Assembly: GCA_944391415.1 (NCBI GenBank)
Contig: CALXTM010000001.1
Coordinates: 64,548-128,547, forward strand
Source of the DNA: an uncultured Alphaproteobacteria bacterium
GTDB lineage: Bacteria > Pseudomonadota > Alphaproteobacteria > RF32 > CAG-239
DNA: 64,000 bases
Reading direction: 5' to 3'
Shown: one piece after another, positions 26,930 to 36,481 of the stretch
Layout of the letters: every line of letters begins with the position of its first letter
How positions within the stretch are numbered: position 1 is the stretch's first letter
Notes under the pieces: model-generated
What the model was told of the DNA's origin: nothing
Seen by the model: only the letters and a program-made list of their open reading frames with translations
Database searches by the model: none
Program-made: the position numbers and the translations under genes

Positions 26930-28552
26930 CTAACCTTCGTTGTTATACAGCCATGAACGAATAACGTTGACAGCCGCGTCGGGGTTCTTTTCAACCGTTG
27001 CATTGAGTTTTTTGAGCGATGATACTTTGATACGACCATCAACCTTATTAATATTAACCAATTCTTCGGCCGATTCATCAAAATTGTCATTAAGGAAGTT
27101 GGACAACAGCAAATTATCCTCTTCATCACCTGGAGCAATAAGCTTTTCTGCCGAATTGTTGTTGGATACTTCAAACGCATTGTTAATCAACGGACGAATT
27201 ACCAATAAAATAACCAGTATCGCAACTATTGCAACACCAAGCCCCTCGGCCATACGCATCAGCTCTGATTTACTAAATCCGAAATAAAGCTGCTCAACCT
27301 TATCGGCAATGCCAGAATCGGCTGTGGCAAATTGCAGATTTTCAACCTCGACCATATCGCCACGATTGGCATCAAAACCAACTGCCGACTTTACCAAATC
27401 GCTGATTTGCTCCATTTCCTCGGCCGTGCGCGGACGATAAACTATTTTGCCGTCGCTGCCTTTTTCATAGACACCATCGACTAAAACCGCTGCCGTTAAC
27501 CTTTTGATCGTACCGGTATTTTTAACTTTGTTGCGCACAATCTTGGAAATCTCATAATTGATGGTTTCTTCAGTCTTTGAAGAAGTATCATAAACTCCTC
27601 CGCTTGATGATGCAGTATCGCCGTTGGGTATGTTTTGCGCAACGGTAACGGGCTGTGAGTTCTGGGTAGAGGTTCCTTGCTCGGAAATAGTCGCTTGTGA
27701 TCTCACAACCTGGCTGTCGGGATCATAGATTTCTTCGTTAGTAACAACCTCGTCAAAATCCATCTCGATATTTACTTGAGCAACGGCTTTACCGGCGCCA
27801 AGGCTTTTTTCCAAAAGCGACTGAACTTTTTTGGCTATTTTGCGCTCTTGCTCAATGCGCATTGCTTCATTGGTAGAGTTTTTAATTACTTCGCTTTGCT
27901 CTTCACTATATTCGGTCAACAAATTACCATTGGAGTCAACTATCGAGACATTTTTTACCTCAAGCTTGGGAACTGCCGCGGCAACCAACTTTTGAATAGA
28001 TTGGATGTTTTGCGGGCTAAGTGAGCCTTGCTTGGTTTTGATAACAACCGAGGCGGTCGGAGTTTGCTCTTCTCGCGAGAAAAGCTCGCGCTTGGGCATA
28101 ACCAAATGTACTCTGGCAGAACGAATATTGTCAACCGACCGAATGGTCCTTGCCAATTCACCTTCTAGGGCCCTGAGCAAATTGACATTTTGCACAAATG
28201 TGGTCGAGCCCAAAGCATCGGTATGGTCAAACACTTCGTAGCCGACATTAGCTCCTTTGGAGGCAAGAGCCAAATCGGCCGTTTCTATTCTCATGCGATT
28301 TACATCTTCAACCGGCACCAAAACCTCGGTCCCTGATTTTGTTAGTTTATATTTGACATTGGCCGAATCAAGTTTGGCCACTATCTGTTTGGCATCTTCA
28401 AGATCCAAATCAGTATAAAGAACCGAATATTCGCTGCCGCTCATTTGAACCGCGACATAAATAAAAAAGCTAATCAGAAAAATGATAATGGCCGCAATCG
28501 ACGCCAACTTCGACGGCGACATATTTTTGATAGTCTGCAAAATATTATTCAT
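26930..28552 (-). CDS. fliF: flagellar M-ring protein FliF
   Basis: 540 aa with N- and C-terminal TM helices and a YscJ/FliF periplasmic ring domain. First gene of the operon. Confidence 0.95.
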   Translation of the reverse strand: MNNILQTIKNMSPSKLASIAAIIIFLISFFIYVAVQMSGSEYSVLYTDLDLEDAKQIVAKLDSANVKYKLTKSGTEVLVPVEDVNRMRIETADLALASKGANVGYEVFDHTDALGSTTFVQNVNLLRALEGELARTIRSVDNIRSARVHLVMPKRELFSREEQTPTASVVIKTKQGSLSPQNIQSIQKLVAAAVPKLEVKNVSIVDSNGNLLTEYSEEQSEVIKNSTNEAMRIEQERKIAKKVQSLLEKSLGAGKAVAQVNIEMDFDEVVTNEEIYDPDSQVVRSQATISEQGTSTQNSQPVTVAQNIPNGDTASSSGGVYDTSSKTEETINYEISKIVRNKVKNTGTIKRLTAAVLVDGVYEKGSDGKIVYRPRTAEEMEQISDLVKSAVGFDANRGDMVEVENLQFATADSGIADKVEQLYFGFSKSELMRMAEGLGVAIVAILVILLVIRPLINNAFEVSNNNSAEKLIAPGDEEDNLLLSNFLNDNFDESAEELVNINKVDGRIKVSSLKKLNATVEKNPDAAVNVIRSWLYNNEG

Positions 28553-28683
28553 AGATTCCCCAATCTATAACTATAAACAATATAAACCCGCCGGCATATA
28601 GCCTTGCGAATCTTTCCCCTTTTCTTTATCCTTAACTTAAAAAAGTTGTTTAGTTAACTATTTATTTGAGATATTAACAGTTT

Positions 28684-28713
28684 CAAAAAAATTAGGGGGC
28701 TTTCTGCCCCCTG
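28684..28713 (-). terminator. rho-independent terminator of the fliK-flgD-flgE operon
   Basis: AGGGGGC-AGAAA-GCCCCCT hairpin (minus strand) followed by TTTTTTT. Confidence 0.8.
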
Positions 28714-28746
28714 ATTAAAGTTTTAGGAATATCGTTAAATTCACCA

Positions 28747-30864
28747 CTATATCAAATTGGTAAGCTCTTGCAGCATTTCATCTGAGGTGGTGATGATTTT
28801 GCCGGCCGCAGAATAAGCTCTTTGAACAACTATCATGTTGGAAAACTCGGTTGCCAAGTCAACGGTTGAGCTTTCCAAAGAGCTTGATGCAATTTCGCCG
28901 GCACCGCCGGTGGTGGCTTTGGTAAGCAACGGGTTGCCTGATTCTGTCGTGGCAATCCAAACATTGTTATTGAGTGCTTCCATACCATTGGCGTTGGTGA
29001 ACATGGCAAGAGGAATAATAGATATCGGCTTGGTTTCGCCGTTGGAGAATACTGCCGTTACCACGCCGTCCTCGCTTACCGTCACACCGGAATAACTTCC
29101 GAAAGTGGCACCATCTTGGTTAATATAGCCGGTGGTAAAATCGCCGGAAAGATTGGTCAGACCGGTCGATACGTTCTCGCTGCCCATATTGATTGAGATT
29201 TTGACGCCGTCACCGTCGGCAATGTTGCCGGTCATATCCTGCGCGCCGTTGGCCCAAAAGATTTCCATATCCTCAACGTTAATTTCTTTGGGCGTGCCGT
29301 CAGAATTAAACATAACCGCCGGAATCTGAGCGCCGAGCTGCTCAACATCTTTATAAGTGAAAGTGCTGACAATCGGCGTGGCGTTGGTCAGGTTGTTTTC
29401 GACGCCGTCGCGGATATATTTGGCCTCACCGGTCAAGCCGCTGTCAATCGTGATATCCTCACCGGTTGAAGACGGAATAATCTGCAGCGTGGTGCCGCTG
29501 GCAACAAAACGCTCCGGTTCGGCAACGCCGGAATTGCGGATGGCGCTGGCCAGTTTGGCAATATTTTCGGCCACCGTATCGCCGGCATCATAGCCGACAT
29601 AAACCGTATCGTCGGTGCTGTCGCCGTTGGCAAAGACAAAACGAATGTCGTCAATGGTTATTTCATCGTTTTCGGCAACATTGGTCACGTCGATGTAGGC
29701 AACGTTTTTAATCATATTATCAACGGCTTCCAGAGTAAATGTGCCGCGCGGCAGGCCGGAGGCCGGATCAATATCCGCCGAGGACTGAACGCAGGCCAGT
29801 GTGCCGCTGCAGTCAAAATTGAGTTCATCGCCGGTTAGCGATTGCTCAACGACAATGCGGTTGCCGTCGACACTGAAACGTCCGGCGTCGCGGATATTGT
29901 TGGTGATGGCCTCCATAAAGACGTTCAAGACATCGTTAATCGAGTTGCAATCGGTCATATCAACGGCGATATTGCCGTCGCCGGCCTGATTGCCTTCGGT
30001 AAACTCAAAAACCGTATCGTTGATTTTGATGGTGGAGCCGACCGCCGGAATCTCGGTGAATTCCATCTGGGCAATCGAGGCATAGACCAAATCGTCTTTG
30101 GTGTACATATTAATCGCCGCGGCGCCGGACGGAATCGTCGTATCCAAAGACCAGGCATTGGCTGCCGTCTTGGTATAGTTCAGGCTGATGTTGCTGGCGT
30201 TGCCCAAGCTGTCGTAAATCAGGGTTGAAACCGAGTGAGTATCGCCGATGGACGAGCCGGACGGCAGATTGGCGCCAAACGAAATCTGGGTGGTCGGAGT
30301 GGCCGTACCGCCGATATTGGATAAGTTAATTCCCTGCAGGTTGTTGGCATCAACAATGTTGTCGTTGATATAAACCGTGCGACCGTTGGCGTCTTTATAC
30401 GCCTTCATATAAACGATGCCGTTAATCTCAACCGTGGCGGCTTCGGTATTGCCGTCCCAGGGCATTAACGACCAGGCCTGCACATAGTAACCGCCGCTGT
30501 TAACCAAATAACCTGTTTCGTCCTTGGTAAAGTCGCCGGCGCGGGTATAGGCCCAGGTTCCGGAACCGTTGTTGGCCGAGTTGACGACAAAATAGCCGCT
30601 GCCGCTTATGGCCAGCGATGTCGTTGACGAGACCGAAGACAGCAGGCCTTGCGCATCAATGCTCTGGGAGGCATGAGGTTGCACACCGCCAGAAGAATAT
30701 TTGTTTGATGAAACTTGTTTGGTAACCAGGCTCGAAAACGAAACATTGTTGTTTTTATAGCCTACGGTGTTCATGTTGGCAATGTTGTCTGCAACCGCCC
30801 CCATGGCGCTGGATTGAGCACTAAGCCCCGAAACACCAGCTTGTAATGCACCTAAAATACTCAT
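28747..30864 (-). CDS. flgE: flagellar hook protein FlgE (long form, large central insertion)
   Basis: 705 aa. N-terminus GLSAQSSAMGAVADNIANMNTVGYK and C-terminus EFSNMIVVQRAYSAAGKIITTSDEMLQEL are the conserved rod/hook termini. Confidence 0.95.
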   Translation of the reverse strand: MSILGALQAGVSGLSAQSSAMGAVADNIANMNTVGYKNNNVSFSSLVTKQVSSNKYSSGGVQPHASQSIDAQGLLSSVSSTTSLAISGSGYFVVNSANNGSGTWAYTRAGDFTKDETGYLVNSGGYYVQAWSLMPWDGNTEAATVEINGIVYMKAYKDANGRTVYINDNIVDANNLQGINLSNIGGTATPTTQISFGANLPSGSSIGDTHSVSTLIYDSLGNASNISLNYTKTAANAWSLDTTIPSGAAAINMYTKDDLVYASIAQMEFTEIPAVGSTIKINDTVFEFTEGNQAGDGNIAVDMTDCNSINDVLNVFMEAITNNIRDAGRFSVDGNRIVVEQSLTGDELNFDCSGTLACVQSSADIDPASGLPRGTFTLEAVDNMIKNVAYIDVTNVAENDEITIDDIRFVFANGDSTDDTVYVGYDAGDTVAENIAKLASAIRNSGVAEPERFVASGTTLQIIPSSTGEDITIDSGLTGEAKYIRDGVENNLTNATPIVSTFTYKDVEQLGAQIPAVMFNSDGTPKEINVEDMEIFWANGAQDMTGNIADGDGVKISINMGSENVSTGLTNLSGDFTTGYINQDGATFGSYSGVTVSEDGVVTAVFSNGETKPISIIPLAMFTNANGMEALNNNVWIATTESGNPLLTKATTGGAGEIASSSLESSTVDLATEFSNMIVVQRAYSAAGKIITTSDEMLQELTNLI

Positions 30865-30885
30865 TTTATCCTCCTAAAACTTTAA

Positions 30886-31650
30886 TTATACCAATTGAGC
30901 AGCCTGATCTTCAGTCTTGTCGGAAGTGTCTTCTTCGACACTGTCTCCGCCTTTCACGCTGTCAATCAGTTGATTCCAATAATTTTCATCGCGGGCCGTA
31001 AGTACATAGTCGAGTGTGGCCGTAACCGCATCGCCAAGACCTATGTAAATGCCGTTGCTATCACTTGCCACACCGGTAACTCTGCCAAAAACCGTGGTGG
31101 TTACCGAGGCTGCAGCCTCTCCTTGGGCAACACTGGTGTTGACAACTATTTGATAAACACCGTCGGGCATCTGTTCTCCTGCAGAATTTTTGCCGTCCCA
31201 TACAAAATCATGCGCTCCGGCCGCTTTTTCGCCAGACTGGGTATAAACGACTTTGCCATCGGCATCTTTAACCAAAATCGTGCATTCTTGCACATTTTTG
31301 CTCAAAGTATAGGTCGATTTGGCAACTCCGCCGTCTAACGGCATCATATCGCCCAAAACTTGAACCGTTTTTCCTACATAACCAGTGGCTTGAACTCCCA
31401 AATTGTAGATCGACATACTAAGCAGATTATCCAATTTTTTATTGGTTTGTATTGCTTGCTCAACATTCGAATATTGAACCAACTGATTGGTGTACTCAGC
31501 CGTATCCATAGGATCTAACGGATCTTGATACTGCAATTGTGTGGTAAGTAATGTCAAAAATGTGTTCATATCGGCCGACAACGTTTGGCTTGAGCTGGTC
31601 GTTGTCGAGCTTGTGTTGATTGAACTGATGATTGAGCTTAAGTCGGTCAT
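30886..31650 (-). CDS. flgD: flagellar hook capping/assembly protein FlgD
   Basis: 254 aa. FLTLLTTQLQYQDPLDPMD motif followed by an Ig-like C-terminal domain. Confidence 0.9.
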   Translation of the reverse strand: MTDLSSIISSINTSSTTTSSSQTLSADMNTFLTLLTTQLQYQDPLDPMDTAEYTNQLVQYSNVEQAIQTNKKLDNLLSMSIYNLGVQATGYVGKTVQVLGDMMPLDGGVAKSTYTLSKNVQECTILVKDADGKVVYTQSGEKAAGAHDFVWDGKNSAGEQMPDGVYQIVVNTSVAQGEAAASVTTTVFGRVTGVASDSNGIYIGLGDAVTATLDYVLTARDENYWNQLIDSVKGGDSVEEDTSDKTEDQAAQLV

Positions 31651-31668
31651 GATTTATTTCTCCCTTAT

Positions 31669-33222
31669 CTAAACCCTGATGTTAAGACCCAATACCGGAT
31701 CATACTCAAGGTTGTCGTTTCCGGCAACTTCTTGAGCCTCCTGCTCAAGAGCATCGCCGATAAACTGCATCAAACCGGAGTTATCTTCCTGGCCTCCTCG
31801 GGCTTGATTTTCCTTCTGGAAGCTAAAATTAAAGCTTCTGCTGTCCGTGTCATAGCCGGCATCGTTAAATGCTTTCTGCAAACCGGAGAGATCTTTTTGC
31901 AACAAATCCATGGTCTCCGGACGAGAGGAAATGATATCGGCATGTAATTTGCCATCCTTGGCAATGTGCATTCTGATTTGTATTTTGCCCAAATCTTCTG
32001 GTTTGAGCTGGATATCTATTGTATCAACCCCTTTGATGGCTGATTTGGTAATATTTACTTTTATTTGCTCGACAACCTCTTTGCCCATGCCTTTGAAGGC
32101 ATCGCGGCTGGAGCTTTCGTTAAGCCGAGAGAATGTTTCCGTCCGCAAATTGTTGGCTGTTTCAAAGACCATATCTTTGCCTGATGCGGCAATGTTTGAT
32201 GCATCAATCTTAATGTTGGCATTGTTGCCGGCGGAAACAGAATCATCTGCAGCCGACGATGCCTTGTAGACAAAAGCATTGGCAGCAACCTCTGTTGTCG
32301 GCTTGGTTTTGATTGCAAGCGGATCTTTGGCTACCTCAACTTCAGCATCCTGAAGCGAGAGGTCTGTCTGGTCGACCTCTTGCAAAAGAGAATCTATTTC
32401 AAAACGATTTTGCAAAACATCTTTGGCTACCGGAGCCTCGACCTTATCCTCGCTAACTTCAACCGCGATTTTCAATTTATCTGTTGAAGCAATTTTTTTA
32501 TCAAGATATTGTGCTTGTTCAAGCAACAACGCCTCATCACTGGTTAAAGGCATTACCTCGGCTGATGTATCTTGAGCAACCGCTGCGGCCTTGGTGTCGA
32601 TTGGGGAAATCTGCGCACTAGTTTCATCGGCCAAAGGCAAACCCTCACTCATCGATGATGCATCATCCAAAAGCACCATATTCACAAACGGCTGAGCATT
32701 TGCATCCGTTGATGCTTGAGAGACAGGTGACATTTCGGAGTTAAGCGGAGCAGACAATTCTGTATCAGCCTCTTTAGCGGCAATATTTTCCTCATCTGCG
32801 GCAACTTCATCTTGCTTGGTAGGTTGAGAAGATGATGTTTTGGGGTCTGTATCAGACGGCTTGTCTGTTTCTTTTGATTTATCGGCTTTTTTATGATTGT
32901 CAGCCTCGTCATCTTTTTGATCTTTATGCGGAGCCTGATTTTCTTTTATATCATCATCTTTTTTATTGTCTTTAGAGGAGGTTACATCCTTTTTGTCATC
33001 ACAAGATTTGTCGGATGACAACGAAACCTTGGTATCAACATAGTCATCACGTTTAAAATCAGCAGAAAGGTCTTGCCCCTTATCGCCGCTTGAGACTGGC
33101 GTGTCGGCGGGCTTTAACATGTCGGCAAAATCCTGCGTCGGCTGCTTTATGCTTAAATTATTTTCGGCTCTGGCAAGGAATAATTGCTGTAATATATTAT
33201 TTCTGTCTTGTATTTCCATCAC
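31669..33222 (-). CDS. fliK: flagellar hook-length control protein FliK
   Basis: 517 aa. Long acidic/Lys-rich disordered N-terminal region. C-terminal Flg_hook domain IDIQLKPEDLGKIQIRMHIAKDGKLHADIISSRPETMDLLQKDLSGLQKAFNDAGY. Confidence 0.8.
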   Translation of the reverse strand: MMEIQDRNNILQQLFLARAENNLSIKQPTQDFADMLKPADTPVSSGDKGQDLSADFKRDDYVDTKVSLSSDKSCDDKKDVTSSKDNKKDDDIKENQAPHKDQKDDEADNHKKADKSKETDKPSDTDPKTSSSQPTKQDEVAADEENIAAKEADTELSAPLNSEMSPVSQASTDANAQPFVNMVLLDDASSMSEGLPLADETSAQISPIDTKAAAVAQDTSAEVMPLTSDEALLLEQAQYLDKKIASTDKLKIAVEVSEDKVEAPVAKDVLQNRFEIDSLLQEVDQTDLSLQDAEVEVAKDPLAIKTKPTTEVAANAFVYKASSAADDSVSAGNNANIKIDASNIAASGKDMVFETANNLRTETFSRLNESSSRDAFKGMGKEVVEQIKVNITKSAIKGVDTIDIQLKPEDLGKIQIRMHIAKDGKLHADIISSRPETMDLLQKDLSGLQKAFNDAGYDTDSRSFNFSFQKENQARGGQEDNSGLMQFIGDALEQEAQEVAGNDNLEYDPVLGLNIRV

Positions 33223-33259
33223 TAAAACCCTTGGTAAAAATTAACTCTGAGAACATACA

Positions 33260-33275
33260 TGCAATTAGCGTGCCA
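33260..33275 (-). promoter_or_regulatory. sigma-54 (-24/-12) promoter of fliK-flgD-flgE
   Basis: The minus strand reads TGGCAC-GCTAA-TTGCA, a perfect match to the TGGCAC-N5-TTGCA consensus, about 38 nt upstream of the fliK ATG. Confidence 0.8.
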
Positions 33276-33451
33276 AAAATTTACATCAATTCAGATAAGT
33301 CATAACAGCAAAAAACTCTTTTTCCCCAAAAACAACATTTTCGAGATAAATTTTGCCATTTGCAGAGCAAAAAATGCGTTTTTTGTTGTATTTTTAAGCG
33401 AATCTGTTAGCATTAGAAAAATATTTTTTTAATTTTGAAGAGAGACGAAAA

Positions 33452-33925
33452 ATGGCAAATAATTTTGATCCCAAAATAGTCAGCAAATTGGCTGATGTAT
33501 TAAGCAAAAACAACTTGAGCGAAATTGAATATGAGGACGAAAGTTTTCGTATAAAATTGAAAGGGATGGTTGCGGCGGTGCCGATGCAACCTGTGGCTGT
33601 CGCCCCTGTGCAAAATGTTGCACCGGCTCCCAAAGAACCGGAACCTGCCGCTAAAAATGACGATTTTGCCATTGATGATTATTCCAACAACGCCGGCAGC
33701 GTGAAATCGCCGATTGTCGGAGTGGTCTATCTGTCACCTGATCCGACGAAACCTGATTATGTTAACGTCGGTGATACCGTAAAAGAGGGAGATATCGTTT
33801 GCCTGATTGAGGCAATGAAAACCTTTAACCCGGTAAAAGCGCATCGCTCGGGAACTGTGACCAAAATATTGGTAGAATCTGGCGATCCGGTTGAATATGG
33901 TGAATCTTTGATGATTATTGAATAA
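33452..33925 (+). CDS. accB: acetyl-CoA carboxylase biotin carboxyl carrier protein
   Basis: 157 aa. Pro/Ala linker and the biotinylation motif LIEAMKTFNPV. Confidence 0.9.
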   Translation: MANNFDPKIVSKLADVLSKNNLSEIEYEDESFRIKLKGMVAAVPMQPVAVAPVQNVAPAPKEPEPAAKNDDFAIDDYSNNAGSVKSPIVGVVYLSPDPTKPDYVNVGDTVKEGDIVCLIEAMKTFNPVKAHRSGTVTKILVESGDPVEYGESLMIIE

Positions 33926-33938
33926 AAGGACAGAGCGC

Positions 33939-35279
33939 ATGTTTGAAAAAGTTTTGATTGCCAACCGTGGTGAAGTTGCTTTGCGAATTCATCGGGCGTG
34001 CCGAGAAATGGGCATAAAAACCGTTGCAGTACACTCCGAAGCCGATGCCAATGCCATGCATGTGCGTTTGGCCGATGAGGCGGTTTGTATTGGCCCGGCT
34101 CGCTCAACCGATTCTTATCTTAATAAATCGGCTATTATCTCGGCTGCTCTTATCACCGGGGCAGATGCCATTCATCCGGGATATGGATTTTTGTCGGAGA
34201 ATGCTGATTTTGCCGAGATGGTTGAAGAACACGGTATAACTTTTATCGGCCCCAAACCAGAACAAATAAGAATGATGGGCGATAAATTGACCGCAAGAGA
34301 AGCCGCCGTTGCATCGGGATTGCCGGTAATACCTGGTTCTCCTGCTTTGCCAAACATTGACGAGGCCAAAAAATGGGCCAACCAAATCGGATATCCGATT
34401 ATTATTAAAGCCAAGGCCGGCGGTGGCGGAAAAGGTATGAAAGTGGCTTTTAACGAAGACGAAATCGAAACAGCATATACCATGGCACGCGCAGAGGCTA
34501 AAGCATCGTTTACCAGTGACGAAGTATATATGGAAAAATATTTGCAGCAACCTCGGCATATCGAAATTCAGATTTTGGCTGATACATATGGCAATGTGGT
34601 GCATTTGGGCGAAAGAGACTGTTCAATTCAACGCAAAAATCAAAAACTGATTGAGGAAACGCCTTCCCCCGCACTTAACCAACAACAACGCGAAGAAATC
34701 GGCGAAATTGCTCGCAAAGCTATGGAAAAAATAGGATATTCCAGCGCCGGGACATTGGAGTTTTTGTTTGAAGACGGTAAATTCTATTTCTTGGAAATGA
34801 ACACCAGACTGCAGGTTGAACACCCAATTACCGAGGCAGTAACCGGTATTGACATTGTGCGTGAACAATTGCGAATTGCCGATGGTGCCAAACTGGGATA
34901 TACTCAGAAAGATATTGTCTTTCATGGCCATGCCATTGAGTGTCGAATTAATGCCGAAGACCCGGAAACTTTTGCACCCAACCCCGGCAAAGTGACCGAG
35001 TGGCACGCACCGGGCGGACTTGGGGTAAGAGTTGATTCGGAAATCTATTCAGGCTATAAAATTCCGCCTTTTTATGACAGCATGATTGCCAAACTGATTG
35101 TGAGCGGACGAACCAGAAACGGTGCTTTGATGCGCTTGCATAGAGCCCTTGAGGAATTTGTCATCGATGGGGTAAAAACAACCATTCCGCTGCATCAAAA
35201 GATTATATCTCGCCCGGACTACATTGATGGAATTTACAATATCCATTGGCTGGAAAAGATGCTGGAAGAAAAAAATTAG
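33939..35279 (+). CDS. accC: acetyl-CoA carboxylase biotin carboxylase subunit
   Basis: MFEKVLIANRGEVALRIHRACREMGI..., an ATP-grasp domain, and the EMNTRLQVEHPITE motif. The true start is the ATG at 33939, not the track's 33918. Confidence 0.95.
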   Translation: MFEKVLIANRGEVALRIHRACREMGIKTVAVHSEADANAMHVRLADEAVCIGPARSTDSYLNKSAIISAALITGADAIHPGYGFLSENADFAEMVEEHGITFIGPKPEQIRMMGDKLTAREAAVASGLPVIPGSPALPNIDEAKKWANQIGYPIIIKAKAGGGGKGMKVAFNEDEIETAYTMARAEAKASFTSDEVYMEKYLQQPRHIEIQILADTYGNVVHLGERDCSIQRKNQKLIEETPSPALNQQQREEIGEIARKAMEKIGYSSAGTLEFLFEDGKFYFLEMNTRLQVEHPITEAVTGIDIVREQLRIADGAKLGYTQKDIVFHGHAIECRINAEDPETFAPNPGKVTEWHAPGGLGVRVDSEIYSGYKIPPFYDSMIAKLIVSGRTRNGALMRLHRALEEFVIDGVKTTIPLHQKIISRPDYIDGIYNIHWLEKMLEEKN

Positions 35280-36370
35280 TAATTATCGGTGATAAAGCCG
35301 CGGACATTACTGCCAAATGTTTGGTGGACATATTTGGTCAGAGCTGACGGTTCTTCCGTAAAAGTTTCGGCGCGGCTTTGGGCTTGCAGAATTTCCTTTA
35401 TCTTCATTTTGCTTTCGACCTCTTGGCGTTTGGCGGCGGCTTGGGTTACCCCACGCACCGAGGCAAGGTTATATAAAACATGGGCAAACTCTATGTCTTT
35501 GTTGTATTTTTCGCCAGAAAACAAAATATCGCCCAAAATCATCATGGCATCGGTGTTGCCTTGCGACGCCGCAAGGCGAAGATATTTGACAGCATTATTG
35601 TAGTTTTGCGGAAAACCACGGCCTTTCATATAGGCCTCGGCCAAAACCAGCTGGGCTTCATCAAACCCGGCATCGGCGGCTATTTTAATTAACGCTCCGG
35701 CTTTATTATAATCCAACGGACGCAATATGCCAGTGTAATAGGCATAGCCGGTCATAAAATCAGCAATGGTATTGCCGGCAGAAGCGGCTTTTTCAAAGCA
35801 ATCGAGTGCTTTGGCTTTGTCCTGGGCGGAACTGTTGCCGCTGATGAGCATAAAGCCTAAGTTGACTGCAGCCTCGGCATTGCCAAGCTCCGTTGCTTTG
35901 GCAAACAAAATGGCTGCTTTGGCTGGATTGCGCTTGACCCCGATGCCATTATAATAGAGACTACCAAGATTGTTCAGGCCGGTTGCATCATTTTGCAAGG
36001 CAGCCTTGCCATAATATTCAAACGCTTTGTCATAATCAGGTTTAAGGCCGTTTTCTCCATACAAATACGAATAACCCAAAAACAATTGGGCTTTTAGATT
36101 GCCGCTATCGGCAAGTTTAATTGCATCTTCTATGGTATTAGCTTCATCTGGCTGTTGGATAAAAGACGGAATAAATTTATCGGGCAACTTAAAATCAAGA
36201 AATGACAATATTCCGCCATCATCTTCTTCATTAGATGCTGATGAGGTTTTAGAATAGCTTGCCTCGGAAGTGCCGTCAAATAATGAGACAACGGCATCTT
36301 CCCCGCCAAAAGCACTGGATATCGGCAGCAAAAACATTGTTGCCAGCAAAAAAGACCTGATTTTTAACAT
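35276..36370 (-). CDS. secreted Sel1-repeat (TPR-like) protein
   Basis: 364 aa with a signal peptide and repeated A..YY.KAA..G...A...LG.MY motifs. Confidence 0.8.
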   Translation of the reverse strand: MLKIRSFLLATMFLLPISSAFGGEDAVVSLFDGTSEASYSKTSSASNEEDDGGILSFLDFKLPDKFIPSFIQQPDEANTIEDAIKLADSGNLKAQLFLGYSYLYGENGLKPDYDKAFEYYGKAALQNDATGLNNLGSLYYNGIGVKRNPAKAAILFAKATELGNAEAAVNLGFMLISGNSSAQDKAKALDCFEKAASAGNTIADFMTGYAYYTGILRPLDYNKAGALIKIAADAGFDEAQLVLAEAYMKGRGFPQNYNNAVKYLRLAASQGNTDAMMILGDILFSGEKYNKDIEFAHVLYNLASVRGVTQAAAKRQEVESKMKIKEILQAQSRAETFTEEPSALTKYVHQTFGSNVRGFITDNY

Positions 36371-36423
36371 CTATAAGCTCCTTGTTGATTGTTATATTAA
36401 GCAAATAAAGTTAATTTTTAAAT

Positions 36424-36454
36424 AAAAAAAGAGGAGACAAAGTATTGTCTCCCC
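36424..36454 (-). terminator. rho-independent terminator of flagellin copy 1
   Basis: GGGGAGACAA-TACT-TTGTCTCCTC hairpin followed by a T-run on the minus strand. Confidence 0.8.
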
Positions 36455-36481
36455 TTTTTAATAATCTGCTTTGGCCAGTAT

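Noticed and set aside
28603-28620. Possible sigma-54-like element upstream of fliF (GGGGAAAGATTCGCA on the minus strand)
   Set aside because: The -12 TCGCA is acceptable but the -24 region is weak. fliF-class operons are usually not sigma-54 dependent in alphaproteobacteria, so I did not call it.
28630-28680. CtrA-box (TTAA-N7-TTAA) search upstream of fliF
   Set aside because: Several isolated TTAA/TTAAC half-sites are present in this AT-rich spacer, but none has the N7 spacing.
29132-30228. Cluster of 60-128-aa ORFs on both strands within flgE
   Set aside because: They are a side effect of the locally high GC content, which leaves few stop codons. The flgE frame is continuous with conserved termini.
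33394-33672. 92-aa minus-strand ORF overlapping the accB start
   Set aside because: It is antisense to the clearly coding accB and has a low-complexity Ala/Gly/Ser composition that mirrors the AccB Pro/Ala linker.
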